Part shown: piece by piece, positions 25,149-38,182 of the stretch | Position numbering within the stretch: position 1 is the stretch's first letter | Layout: the number at the start of each line of letters is the position of its first letter | NCBI GenBank assembly: GCA_963829055.1 | Contig: CAWHHI010000020.1 | Span: 416,001-480,000 of the forward strand | Reading direction: 5' to 3' | DNA length: 64,000 nt | Source of the DNA: an uncultured Gemmatimonadaceae bacterium | GTDB lineage: Bacteria; Gemmatimonadota; Gemmatimonadetes; Gemmatimonadales; Gemmatimonadaceae | The notes under the pieces: model-generated | The model's input: the letters and a program-made list of their open reading frames with translations, nothing else | What the model was told of the DNA's origin: nothing | The model's database searches: none | Made by a program: the position numbers and the translations under genes

Positions 25149-27690
25149 ATGAAGGCCGCCGGAGAAGGGGCTCCCAAGCTGAAGACGAAACGAAGCGTGC
25201 CAAAGGCTGCTCGGACGACAGACTCGGACGCCCTGTCGAAGGTGATCGCCAGGTATGGCGGCGGCCCGGCCCAGCTCACCGGGAGTGAGAGTGCGCTCTA
25301 CGAACGTCATCTCACGTTCGACAACGTGCTGGCCGCGGAGCATACCGGTGCACGGGAGCAATACGAGGCATTCGCGCGATCCGTCCGCGACGTACTCTCC
25401 CAGCGCTGGATACAGACCGGGCAGACCTACGAGCGAGAAAATCCCAAGCGGGTCTACTACCTGTCGATGGAGTTCCTGATCGGCCGCTCGCTCGCGAACA
25501 ACGTCATCAACATGGTGCTCGACCCGTACGTGCCTCGCATCGCTGCGGAGAAGGGGCTCGATTGGGTAAGCGTCCTGGAACAGGAACCGGACGCGGGGCT
25601 CGGCAACGGAGGTCTGGGGCGCCTCGCGGCGTGTTTCCTGGACTCGATGGCGACCCTGCAGCTTCCGGCCATGGGCTACGGGCTGCGATACGAGTACGGG
25701 ATCTTCCGCCAGTCCGTTCAGAATGGATGGCAGGAGGAACGGCCTGACAACTGGCTCCGGCGCGAGGACCCGTGGGAGGTCGCTCGGCCTAACGAGAAGG
25801 TGGAGATCAAGCTCGGCTGCTCGTTCGAGCTGCGAGGCGGCCGCCTGCGGCTCGTCCAGGGCTCGCCCTCCACGCTGTTAGGCATTCCATTCGACCGGCC
25901 CGTGGTCGGCTACGGAGGGGGAAACATCAACACCCTCCGACTCTGGGCGGCGGCCGCGCCGGACTACTTCGACTTCCAGCGCTTCAGCCGCGGTGAGTTC
26001 GTCGAAGCACTGGAGGAAAAGCTCGCGGCAGAATCTCTCACCCGGGTGCTGTACCCCGACGATTCCACGGTGAGCGGCCAGGCGCTGCGCTTACTCCAGG
26101 AGTATTTCCTCGTCGCCTGCTCGCTGGCCGATCTCGTGCGGCGTTTCCGCAGCGCCAACGACGACTGGAGTGCACTGCCTGACAAGGTGGCGATTCAGCT
26201 CAACGACACCCACCCGGCGCTCGCTGTTCCGGAGCTGATGCGCATCCTGCTCGACGAGGCGCATCTCGGATGGGATGACGCCTGGGAGCTGACGCGGCAG
26301 ACGCTCGCCTATACCAACCACACGCTCCTGCCGGAGGCGCTCGAGAAGTGGCCGCTCAAGTGGTTCGAGCAGCTCTTACCGCGGCATCTCGAGATCGTGT
26401 TCGAGATCAATCGCCGACTACTCGACACGGTTCGCTCCCGCTTTCCGGGAGATGAAGGACGTGTCGAGCGAGTGAGCCTGGTCGAAGAGGGCCGAGCCAA
26501 GCAGATCCGCATGGCCAACCTCGCGATCGTCGGTTCCCACAGCACCAACGGCGTTGCCGCGATCCACTCGGGACTGTTGCGCACGACCACGGTCAAGGAT
26601 CTCGCGGAGACCTTCCCGGAGCGCTTCAACAACAAGACCAACGGAGTCACGCCACGTCGCTGGTTGCTGCTGGCCAATCCCCCGCTGGCCCGCGCGGTGA
26701 CTGACGCAATCGGGAAGTCCTGGATCACCGATCTGAGCCAGCTGAGAAAGCTCGCGCCATTCGCCGCCGACTCGGGATTCCGTGACGCGTTCCGAAGCGC
26801 CAAGCGTCAGGCGAAGGCCAGGTTCGCGGAATGGGTCGAGGCGACATCAGGTCACGTGCTCGACCCGAACACGATCATCGATTCGCCACGTCAAGCGCAT
26901 TCACGAATACAAGCGGCAGTTGTTGAACGCGCTGCGCGTCGTGGTGCTCTACAACCGGCTACGCGAGAACGCGCAGCTCGACATCGCACCGCGCACGTTC
27001 ATCTTCGCGGGGAAGGCTGCACCGGCGTATCAGCTGGCCAAGCTGGTCATCAAGCTCGTGAACAACGTAGCGGCCACCATCGACGGCGACCCCTCGGTAC
27101 GCGGGCGCCTCAAGGTGCTGTTCCTGCCCGAGTACTGCGTGTCCATGGCGGAACGACTCATCCCGGCGACCGACGTCTCCAACCAGATCTCCACCGCCGG
27201 CTACGAGGCGAGCGGCACCAGCAACATGAAGTTCATGATGAATGGGGCGCTCACGATCGGAACGCGCGACGGGGCCACGATCGAGATGGCCGAGGAGGCG
27301 GGCGAGGACAACTTTTTCCTGTTCGGCCTGACCGCTGGCCAGGTGACGGAGAGCCGCGGCCGGTATACGCCGCAGTCACATTACGACACCGAACCGGAGA
27401 CTCGAGCGGCACTCGATCTGATTTTCGATGATCACTTCAGCCGCGACGAGCCAGGCGTGTTCGCCCCACTGCGTGACACGCTGCTCGTCAGCGACCACTA
27501 CCTGCACCTCGCCGACCTGCGATCGTATCTCGAGGCTGACGGGCGGTTGCTGGGATTGTATGCCGATCAGGACGCGTGGGCGGAGAAGGCGATTCTCAAC
27601 GTGGCCGCTTCGGGAAAGTTCTCGAGTGACCGCACGATCGCCGAGTACGCGCGGGAGATCTGGAACGCGAAACCGTGCGCGGTGCCCTGA
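25149..27690 (+). CDS. glgP: Glycogen/starch phosphorylase; one indel near 26885
   Basis: YYLSMEFLIGR, GLGNGGLGRLAACFLDS, QLNDTHP, KRIHEYKRQ, EASGTSNMK, FSSDRTI. Confidence 0.93.
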
Positions 27691-27750
27691 CCGGCATCGA
27701 TTCGATGGAGGCCGCCGCCGCGGCGCCGACGTTAGGCAGGCAGCGCGGCC

Positions 27751-29992
27751 TCAGAGCTGTCTCGAGAACCCGTAGACGAATCGGAGGCCTCTCCGCATGT
27801 CGTGCGTCGCATCGATCGGCAGGGCGACGCCGAGGTAGACGGTACTGCCGAAGAGCCGGACCCCGAAGCTCGCCGTGGCACGGAGCGCCTCGGTGGGCAC
27901 CGACGCCGGCACCGGTTGCCCGGTCTCCGGATCGATTTCCACCTGGCCCGTACTCGTATCCACCTTGTCGCCCAGCCGCCTAACGGCCGCGCGCGCCTGG
28001 TCGTTGCTCGCCCACGCCATCCCCGTCTGGACGCCCATCACCAGATCCGGCGCGACCGGCGGGAACACGAACCCGGTGAAGATCGGGACCGGTGCGCGGA
28101 GGGTCGGAATCGCGTACTGGACCGTCCCGCGCGCGATCCACGCGCGGTCGCCGGCGAACGCCTTGTAGTCGTAGCCCGGAAGGTTCTGCGTCGACCCGAT
28201 CTCGAACAGCTGCTGCGTGGGGACGGTACCGCCGATCAACCCGCCGTACAGCCGTTCGATGAACAGCAGCGACCTGACAGTCTGGCGCGCGATGAACACC
28301 CCTTCCACCCGCTGGTAGTCGAGGTCGCCGTCGCCGCGCTCGTAGCGGACGCCGCCGCCGAAGCGCTCGCGCGTGAGGTCGGCGTGGATGTCGGGGTTCC
28401 ACTCCACGATCGCGATCGACCGCACGTACTGGCCGGGATCGACGATACGGTTCGGACGGAACGGGCTGAAGAAGATGCCTTCCTTCCGGTGTTGCGCCGC
28501 GCCGGTGTCGCGAACAACGCCCAGCTCCAGACGGACGTGCATCCCGGTCGGCGTGAGCACGTTCTCCGCCGTTAGGCGGGCAACACGTCGGTCGACGTAA
28601 TCGTTGTCGTCGGCGGACCAGAAGATGGCCGACCACACGCTGCCGGAGTCGAGTGGCGAGCGGAAGTCGTTCGTCAGATCGAGCAGCCGAGCGACGGCCC
28701 CGGTCGTGATCCACCCATGACGCCGAAAGCCCGGCGCCGACGTAGCCGCGCCACGTCTCCTCGGACCACGCGTAGCCCGCCGTTCCGACCACCGACAAGC
28801 CGGGCACGCGATCGCGCGCGAGCCAGGAGGCGGACAGGCCGGTGTACACCCCCTCCACCTTGTTGAACCGGAACACCTCGTAGTCATTGCGCGCGCGAAA
28901 CGACCAGCGAGGCGGCCCGGTGGGTTTCACGCGATCGGGGTAGAGGTCGTCGAGTGCCTCGTTCTGCGCGATCTCGGTCGCACGCCCTATGGGGAGCAGC
29001 CATGCGCCGTACGCGTCCTGCGAATCGCGGGGCGCATACGTGATGCGATACTGCGGCGATCGCCGCTGAGCGCTGTCGGGCGGTGGGGGCGGGTCACGGG
29101 CAATGATGTCATGGTGTCTGAAGCGCGTCACGAAACGGAGCAGCGTTGCCGATTGTCCCACCACGCCACCGCGCACGATGTCGAGGCGCTCGATGTCGGG
29201 GAGGCGCAGGCCATCCCGCTCGGGGCCGTTCCACATGTCCACGAACCCGACCACTCGCTCGCTCCCGGTGATGTCGTCGAGCGCCTGTATCGCCACGTGG
29301 TGGATGATGTACACCCGGCCGCGCAGGTGGACGACGAGCAGCGTCCGCGCATCGATGTCCACGTCGCCGGCGAACACGCCCGTTCCGGAGGAGACATCCT
29401 CGCGCGGCTGAACCGTGATTCGCATCACGTCGACCGAATCGCCGTTAGGCATGGGCTCGCGAAGCGAGTCGACACGGGGGTACTCATAGTAGTCGGGCCC
29501 GTCCCGAGCGAGCGGATGGACGGTCGCGACGGTCTCCGGCTCGAAGAGGAACCGTCGTATCTGCCGCACGACGGGGTCGAGCGCTTTCTCGACCTTCGAA
29601 ACGCTGGCGGGATTCGGGAACCGCAGGCGGAAGCGATCGCCCTGCAGCACCGGGACGACCCACCCGGCGCGATAGACGCGGGTCATCGCGAGCTCCATCC
29701 CCACCTGCTCGGCGCGATAGCCTGTGACGCGCTGCTCGATGACGCTGTCGCGCGTCCACTCGATCGTCGACGCCTGCTGCTGCATGGAGACGACCTCGCG
29801 CCGTCCCGACGCGCGGCGCGCGACGACGGCGATCTCGGTCTCGAATTCCATCCGTGCTCGATACGGCCGCGCCTCGTAGTTACGAGCCGCGGCTCTCGAG
29901 ACGAGCACGCGGACGTCTGGAGGCGTGAGGACCGAGGAATCCTGCGTCACCACCTGCGGCGCGAGGAGGAGCGTGATGAACGTGGCGAGCAC
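27751..29992 (-). CDS. Large exported / outer-membrane protein (DUF5686-like), frameshifted near 28720
   Basis: Signal-like N-terminus, HPLA..G..YY motif, FRFNKVEG and C-terminal beta-strands; joined from ORFs 27980-29992 and 27751-28887. Confidence 0.55.
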
Positions 29993-30076
29993 GAGGACTG
30001 GTTAGGCGCGGGATACTGGGGAGCCTGAAGTCTCGATGGCCTTTGTGCCAAGGTCCAATACCGGCGGGCCAGGTCA

Positions 30077-30133
30077 GCGGACGACAGGTCGAAGGCCGCT
30101 CGTGGCACCTCGACCGAATCCGACAACGTCTGA
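30077..30133 (+). pseudogene. Remnant of a phosphoketolase 3' end
   Basis: 50/57 nt identical to 22915-22971 (ADDRSKAARGTSTESDNV* vs [18 protein letters not shown]); no in-frame start. Confidence 0.8.
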
Positions 30134-30137
30134 CCGC

Positions 30138-31458
30138 CTAGAGCCAACCGCCACGAAATCCCGCGCGTGTGAGCCCGGTGACGATCGCCGGACTGCGGCG
30201 CATGATGTCCCAGAGGAGACCGGTCCTGTAGTTCTCGATCATCAGCACGACCGGCCCCTGATCGATGCCGAAGTGGTACGGCGTCACCCACCACCCTGTC
30301 GGGCTGTCCGGCATCTCGAACGACTGATTGAACGACGGGCTGAACCCGTATTTCGCCGTCATGCCAAGGTCCATTCGCGCGAACCGCTGCATGGTGGGGA
30401 TGACTATTTCGGGGGCGAACGGCAGTGACGCGACGACGACCCATGGCGCGACGGTGCCGTCGTCGGGACCGAAGGGCGCGCCCCGGGCGATGTAGTCGAA
30501 GAACTCCCGCTCGACACCGTTCACCGTCCGCCTAACGTTCCCCGGGCCGTCGCAGGCCGTGAATCCCCAGCAGTGCTCCCCGTAGCCGACGTAGCCCAGG
30601 GGATTCCGGATCGCGTATTCCTGCTGGACGAGCGTCGCCTGCCGGCGTGTTCTCGAAGTAGTCGCTGTCGTGCGCCCGCATGAACTCGTCCCGCAGGCCG
30701 CGAAAGTCGATCCACAGGTGCGAGAGTTGATGCGTGAAGAGCGGCCCCGAGTACAGCAGCTCGCGATCGTAGATCTGCTTCCACTGGTACGTCGCGCAGT
30801 AGGCGGGATAGCTCTCGAGCGGCAGCGGGTGCGTCGGCGAACCGAGCCCGAGGATGTACAACAGCAACCCTTCGTCGTACCCCTGGTAGCGATGGGGGAT
30901 GAAGCCGCTCTCCGGCCGCCAGCCGTGGGTCAGCGTCGGCCCGCCGTTCCGTGCCCAGTTCCAGTCGGCGCGATGGTACAGCGCGTCGGCCAACTGCCTG
31001 ATCTCGATCTCGTTAGGCACGTCGCGGTCGAAATACGCCCCGGCGGTCAGCGCGCCCGCAAAGAGAAACGCCGAGTCGATGGTCGACAGCTCGCACTGCC
31101 AGACGCGGCGACCCGTCTCGATGTCCAGGAAGTGATAGAAGAACCCCTTGTAGCCGGAGGCGTCCGGCTCCGGGCCCTGCGGGCATTGGAGCAGGTAGCG
31201 CAGTCGCTTCAGGGTGATCTTCGCGGCGAAATCCCGGGCGATGACGCCGCGCTCGACGACGACGGGAATCGTCGCCAGTGCCATGCCCACGGCGGCAATG
31301 CTGACCGGCGCATGCGGGTCGGTCTTGTCACGCACCAGGCCGTTGTCCGGATTGGTCTCGTGCAGATAGTACAGGACCGTGGAGAGCTGCAGCAGCCCCA
31401 AATCCCTGTCGGTCAGCGGTCGATCGAGACCGTCGTCGACATCGAGCCCGGACCGCAT
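30138..31458 (-). CDS. Glycoamylase / GH144-like glycoside hydrolase, frameshifted
   Basis: NPDNGLVRDK, SIAAVG, GYKGFFYHFLD, ELSTIDSA, GPLFTHQLSHLWIDFRG, GPDDGT, GIDQGP...IENYRTG. Confidence 0.8.
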
Positions 31459-31474
31459 TGGCCGTCGTCGTCCG

Positions 31475-34400
31475 TCAGCCCAACTGCACGACGACGTCAT
31501 GGTGCTTCGCGTCGTCGCGCAGCGGCAATGAATCGTTAGGCATCCGCTGGCCGTCCAGCTCGACCGATCGGACGCCGCGACCCGTTCCGGCCGAGTTGTC
31601 CACCAGGATGCGATACGTCGAAGACCCGTGGCGGTAGCGCAGCTCGAATTTCGGCCACGCCCGCGGGATGCACGGCGCGAAACGCAGGGTATCGCCTCGC
31701 AGCTGAAAACCCAGGAGCGTCTCGATGGCCACGCGGTACAGCCAACCCGCCGAGCCGGTGTACCACGTCCAGCCACCACGTCCCGTGTGCGGCGCGGCGC
31801 CATAGATGTCCGCACACGCCACGTACGGCTCGACCTTGTAACGCTGCACCGCCCTGGCCGTCATGGCGTGGTAGATCGGATTGATGAGGTTCCACAGCTC
31901 CATGGCGCGGTCGCCGTGTCCCTGCAGCGCGGTCGCCAGGACGACCCACGTGGCGGCGTGGGTGTATTGCCCGCCGTTCTCCCGGATGCCCGGCACGTAC
32001 CCCTTGATGTAGCCGGGTTGGAGCACGCCCTTGGTCGAACGGCGGATCGAACAATTGAATCAGCCTGTCATCCGTGCGGACCAGCCGTTGCTGAACCGCA
32101 TCCATCGCCGACTGAGCTCGCGCGGGATTTCCCGCACCGGAGATGACCGCCCACGTCTGGGGGAGTGCGTCGATCTGGCACTCATCGTTCTGCGCCGAGC
32201 CTAACGGCGTGCCGTCATCGAAGTACGCGCGCCGATACCAGGCGCCATCCCAGGCGCTCGCCTCCACCGCCTGCCGCAGCTGCTCGGCGCCCTCACGGCA
32301 CCAATCGGCATCCGCGGCCTGGCCGCGCTGCTGCGCCAGTTCCGCAAAGGTCGTCAGCACGCTCACGAAGAACCAGCCGTTCCAGACGCTCTCACCCTTT
32401 CCCTCGGCGCCCACCTTGTTCATGCCATCGTTCCAATCGCCGGTCCCCATGAGCGGCAAGCCGTGCGGGCCAAGGCGATAGCCGTGCTTCAATGCGCGGA
32501 GGCAGTGCTCGTAGACGGTGGCGGTCTGAGAGCTCACCGCCGGCAGGTTGAAGTCTTCCTCCTGATCCGGGCGAAGCACCGGTGCGGTGATGAACGGCAC
32601 GACCTCGATTCAGGAGCGAGGCATCGCCCGTCGTCGACCACATAGTGATGCACGACGAACGGCAGGAAATAGAGGTCGTCGGTGATGCGCGTGCGGACGC
32701 CGATGCCGGACGGCGGGTGCCACCAGTGCTGGACATCGCCCTCCTCGAACTGCCGCGTTGCGGCGCGCAGAATCTGCGCACGAGCCTCTTCAGGGGCGCT
32801 GTACACCAGCGCCATGACATCCTGTAACTGGTCCCGGAACCCGTACGCTCCGCCGGATTGGTAGAACGCGGAGCGCGCCCACACGCGGCACCCGAGCACC
32901 TGGTACACGAGCCAACGGTTGAGCATCAGGTCGACGGCGGGATCGGGCGTGGTCACCTGCAACGCAGTCAGGTAGCGGTCCCAGTGCTCGCGTACCTGCG
33001 TCAGTAGCCGCGCCGGCGCTGTGGGATGGTGTGTATTCGCCGATGAGTCGGCGGACCTCGTCCAGGTCGTTCGCCTGTCCCAGGGCGAAGACGACGTCTC
33101 GTCGTCTCGCCGGGATACAGCGTCAGCTCCGTCGTGATGGCGGCGCAGGGATCGAGACCAGGGCCGGCACGGTCCGACAGCCTAACGCGTCCCAGACCGG
33201 CGGGCGCCGAGATCGAGCCGTACCGCCCGAGGAACTCCAGACGATCGGCAGTGACGGAGTGCACCGGGCTACCGCAGGCCGCGAAGGCGATCTTCCCGGA
33301 GAAGTCGCCGGCCCAGGCATTGCGCGCCAGGATCGCGCAGCTGTCGGGGTCGCGCTCGCAGACGACCTGCAACGCGGCGTTCTCGCGCGCGGTTCCGAGG
33401 ACCCACTCGGCGTAGTAGGTGACGGAGAGGTGCCGCGGCCGATCGCCCTCGTTCCGAACCGTTAGGCGGACCAGCTTGACGGGATCGTCCGGTGGAACGA
33501 AGACGAGAAGGTCCTGATCGAGATCGTGGCTCACATGCGACCACCGCGTGTAACCCTGGCCATGCCGGATAGTCACGGTTCCCATGGGCCCCAGCGGTAA
33601 GGGCGTGGGGGTCCAGAGCTCTCCGGTCTCCACGTCGCGCAGGTAGACCACTTCGCTTGGCGGATCCGACGTCGGATCGTTCGACCAGGGCGTGAGCCGG
33701 TTCATCTGACTGTTCCCCGCCCACGTGTAGCCCAGGCCAGCTTCCGTCACCAGACATCCGAACTGTGGATTGGCAAGCACGTTGGTCCACGGGGCCGGCG
33801 GCAGCGTCGTGGCGACCGGTGATGTGCGGTCGATGGCGATCACGTACTCGCGGCCATCGTGCGTGAACCCGCCGAGGCCGTTCCAGAAGAGCAACCCGTT
33901 AGGCGGGACGGTCCGCCGCGCCACCCGCTTTGCCGCGAGCCCCTTCGGAGCGAGCGGCGCCAGCTCGGGCGATCGGATAGCTGTCGCGCTGCGATCTGCT
34001 CGATGAGCGACCCGCGGCCGCCGCCAAGCACGGCGCGCGCCGCGGCCGCGAGCAGCACGGCATCGTCGGCCGGCAGCTGCCGCGCAGCCAGCACGAACAC
34101 CCCGCCCGGCTTGCCGAGCATGTCGCCGGCAGCGCCCGTCTCCAGCTCCTGTCTGCAATCGCGCCGCCGGTTCGTCGGCGCGCTCGTCCAGAATCACGAG
34201 ATCGAACGTCAATCGCCGGCGCACGATGTAGCTGCGCCACCTGACGAGTTGGCGAACGACCGCCTCGTCATCGTCCTGTGTGACTCGAGCCAGCACGATC
34301 GGCAGGTCGCCGGAGATCGCGTGCGGCCAGAGACTTCGCTGTCCAAGGCGGTTGGCAGCCACTGCATCCGCGGTCGCGAAGAGCAGCGCTCGTGAACACG

Positions 34401-35399
34401 AGCGACGCCGCCAGGCGGTTGAATGGCGCGATCTCGTCCGCGCTGAGCTCGAGCTCCCGCAGCTCCTGTTCGGCAGCGGGCGTGAGCACCGGCGAAGGCC
34501 GCGTCTATCGCGTCGAGATCGCGGAATCGTTCGGCCAATCCCATGGCGGCTTCACGCGTGTCGGCCGCTCCGGTCATGAACGCAACGCGCGCCGTCATTC
34601 CCGCGTCGAGCGCAATGCGGCGGCGCAGGCTGAAGATCGGATCGAGCACCGGGCCGGTGGTTCGCGACAGGCGCGATCCCGCATCCATCGCGGCGGGATT
34701 CGCCGGCGTGCGGCCGCGGCCGAGGAATCTCACTCGGTCGGTTTCGTAGGCGATCTCGTCGGCGACCGGCGCAGCGCTCACGTCACTCACGTCGCTCGTT
34801 GAAACGTGAATCGCCCAGACCGGGTGCTCCTTCGCGCCGCGCGGCCGACGTCGCGCCAGGAGCGCACCGGACTGCGCATCGAATTCCGTCTCCAGAAACA
34901 GCTTTGCGAACGCCGGGTGGGCCTGGTCGGCGCGGCGTGCGTTGAGACACACCTCCGCGTAGCTCGTCAGCTCGAGGTCTCGGCGGCGCTGGCCGTGATT
35001 GACCAGCGTCACGACGCGAAGTTCGGCATCCGCATCCGGCACGACGCACACGGCACAGCGAGTCTCGACGTCGCCATCGCGTCGACGAAACTCGGCGCGG
35101 TCGATGCGAAGGTCGACGTCGGGTGCGTCGCCCGCTCGCACCAGCGGCTGCGTGCCGATCGACCAGCAGCGGTCGTCGCCGAGGTCGCGGACGTAGTAGA
35201 ACTGGCCCCAGCAATCGCGCGTGGCATCCTCGCGCCAGCGGGTCACATCGAGGTCACGCCAGGCGCTGGAGCCAGTACCGGCGCTCGTGATCATCACGCT
35301 GTACGAGCCGTTGGACAGCAGTGCTATTGCGGGTGCGATCGCATTGTGCGAGGGTCGGATGCTGGATGGCCCTTCTCGTCGAGCTCGTGCGTGTGTCAT
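31475..35399 (-). CDS. GH94 glycoside phosphorylase resembling the NdvB/Cgs C-terminal region, multiply frameshifted
   Basis: LLSNGSYSVMIT, DVTRWRED, AHPAFAKLF, PAPWTNVLAN, FYQSGGAYGFRDQLQD, GTGDWNDGM, PGIRENGGQYTH, GRGGWTWYTGSA. Confidence 0.88.
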
Positions 35400-35651
35400 T
35401 CCGGGCGAGGCATTCGCTCAGCACTAGTACGGACCTCCATCCTCCACCGCCATGAGCCCTTCGGCGCGGCCGCGACGCTCGCCGCGCGCCTAACGAGCTC
35501 GACCGGTCGAATCCCTAGGCCCGCTCGTCGCCACGAACGTCCGCCCTCTGCCAGCGGCCTGGGAGACTCGAAGGGCCAATTGTCCAGGCCACGCACAGCC
35601 ACAGCGAACGTGTGAGGGCTCCGATCGAACCACGCATGCAATTGCGCCAAC

Positions 35652-37335
35652 GTGAGTAGATCCGCGCGCCTCCCGATCCTGGACTGGGCCGTCGGGTACC
35701 GGAAGGAATGGCTCCGGCTCGACGTGGTTGCCGGTCTCACCGCCGCGGCGGTCGTCATCCCCAAGGCGCTGGCGTACGCCACGATCGCGGGGCTGCCGGT
35801 GCAGGTGGGGCTCTACACCGCGCTCTTCCCGATGGTGATTTACGCGCTGCTCGGGACTTCGCGCCCGCTCAGCGTGAGCACCACGACGACCCTCGCCATC
35901 CTGGTCGCGGCGAATCTGGCGCGGGTCGCACCCAGACGGTGACGCTCGCCGCTCCTGATCAGACGCGACGGCGACGCTGACGCTGCTCGTGGGCGTCATC
36001 CTCGTTGGTGCTTCCGTTCTGCGGCTGGGATTCGTCGCCGATTTCATCTCCGAGCCCGTGCTCATCGGGTTCAAGGCGGGAATCGGGCTGGTCATCGTGC
36101 TCGACCAGATTCCCAAGCTGCTCGGCGTCCACTTCGACAAAGGCGGGTTTTTCCACAACGTCGTCGAGACCATTCGAGCGATCCCGCATGCCTCGCTGCC
36201 GACGGTCGCGGTGGGAGTCGGCACGATCGTGTTGCTGGTGGGTGCTGCATCGAGTGCTCCCTCGGGCGCCTGCCCCGTTGATCGCGGTCGCCGCGGGGAT
36301 CGCGGCAGTGAGCCTGTTCGGGCTGCGAGCGCTATGGTGTTGCGACGGTCGGCGAGATCCCGCGTGGTCTGCCGTCGTTCATCGCACCGGACTTCTCTCT
36401 TGTCGCCGTGCTCTGGCCCGGGGCCCTTGGCTGCGCGCTCATGAGCTTCACGGAAACGATCGCCGCCGGCCGCGCCTTCGCCGCCAGCCGCCGAACCGCC
36501 GCTCGTGCCTAACAGGGAGCTGGTGGCGACGGGACTCGCGAATGTCGGGAGCGCGGTCTTCGGGAAGCATGCCGGCCGGCGGCGGTACGTCTCAGACCGC
36601 GGTGAACCGATCGGCTGGGGCGCGAACGCAGCTGGCCGAGCTGGTCACCGCTGGTGCCACGTTGCTCACGATGCTGCTGCTTGCCGGACCAATGGGGCTG
36701 ATGCCGCAGGCGACGCTCGCGGCGGTGGTGATCGTGTACTCGATGGGGCTGATCGAGCTGGCCGGCTTTCGCGCCATCCTCGCGATCCGTCGCCTGGAGT
36801 TCATCTGGGCGCTGGTCGCTCTGGCCGGCGTCGTCGTGCTCGGGACGTTGCAGGGTATCGTGGTCGCGATCGTGGTGTCGGTGGTGTCGCTCGCCCAGCA
36901 GGTCGCCAACCCGCCGGTCTACGTGTTGGGCCGCAAGCCAGGCACCAACGTGTTCCGGCCGCGTTCGGCCGAGCACCCGGAAGACGAGAGCTTCCCGGGG
37001 CTGCTGCTGCTCCGAGTGGAAGGACGCGTGTTCTTCCTCAACGCCGCACGGATCGGCGAGAAGATCCGCTCGCTCGTGACCCGAGATGAAGCCGAACGTC
37101 GTGGCGATCGATCTGAGCGGCGTGTTCGATTTCGAGTACACGGCGCTCAAGGCGCTGATCGAAGCGCAGAAGCGGCTCGCGAGGCGATGGCATATCGGTC
37201 TGGCTGGTCGGCCTAACGCCGGCCGTGCTGCGCGTCATCGAGCGCTCGTCACTCGGCGAGCGGCTCGGGCGGGAGCAGATGCACTTCAACCTGGAGATCG
37301 CGGTGCGGAAATATCTGCGCGCCACGCCCGAGTGA
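35652..37335 (+). CDS. SulP-family anion transporter with STAS domain, frameshifted
   Basis: DVVAGLTAAAVVIPKALAYA, LRLGFVADFISEPVLIGF, NRELVATGLAN, VFFLNA. Confidence 0.88.
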
Positions 37336-37347
37336 CGCGAGGCGCGG

Positions 37348-38037
37348 TCACTCCCGCCGCCAGCGCGTATCGTCGCCGCGAGCACCAGCCCAGCACCGAG
37401 CGTGAGCATGACCAGGCCGGCTCCGCCACGGGTGCCTGCCGCCGTGACGGCCCAGGTAGTATCCGCCCGCGAAGCAGCATCAGCAGCGCGATGCCGTTCG
37501 AGACGCGGAGCGCACGATGCGCGTCGTCGATGAAGGCGAACGGGAGCGCCACCGGAAGCGTGGCGAGGAACACCAGCAGAAAGACGCCGAACGCCGCGCG
37601 GAAGTCGCCAGCCGTGAGCCCTGCGCTCGCGGGCAGCGGCAGACCGCTCCAGACGGCCCCGAATGACATCGACCTCCGCCGGCTCCATGGTGGAAGCGAT
37701 CACCGGCGGCAGGGCGTCCGAGAATCAGCTGGCGCGCGCGCGGCCGGGTTGGACCGGCTCCGCACGTCCTTCAGGATCGCCAGGTTGCGGCCCCGTTCGG
37801 TCAGGTGGCCAGCAGGTACATCACCGCGTCCACCAAGCCCCAGGCCGTGTTGCACCCCAGAGCGCCGATCAGCATGCTGCGCACTTCGTTCCGGTCCGCC
37901 GTCGCGACGCTCAGCGTTCCCGTGAACGTGAGCGCCATGATCAGGCCGAAGATGACTCCGGAGACGCGGTCGACCGGGGACAGCGCCGGCGCCGGATCGC
38001 CGCGGCGCTGGCGGGAGCGAGCGAGCGAGATCGTCAC
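37348..38037 (-). CDS. VIT1/CCC1-like membrane protein, frameshifted
   Basis: LSPVDRVSGVIFGLIMALTFTG, ALGCNTAWGLVDAVMY, VFLLVFLATLPVALPF, ALRVSN. Confidence 0.65.
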
Positions 38038-38182
38038 GATCGGACGCGGACGGCGACGTACCGGGCCTAACGATCGACGTAGATCGACGGAGTGGATCTC
38101 GCACGGACAGCGTCGGCCTCGCGTCTGCCAACCCTCCCTGCGCTACGACCGCCACCGCTTGGCCGGCTGAACGGCGGCGCGC

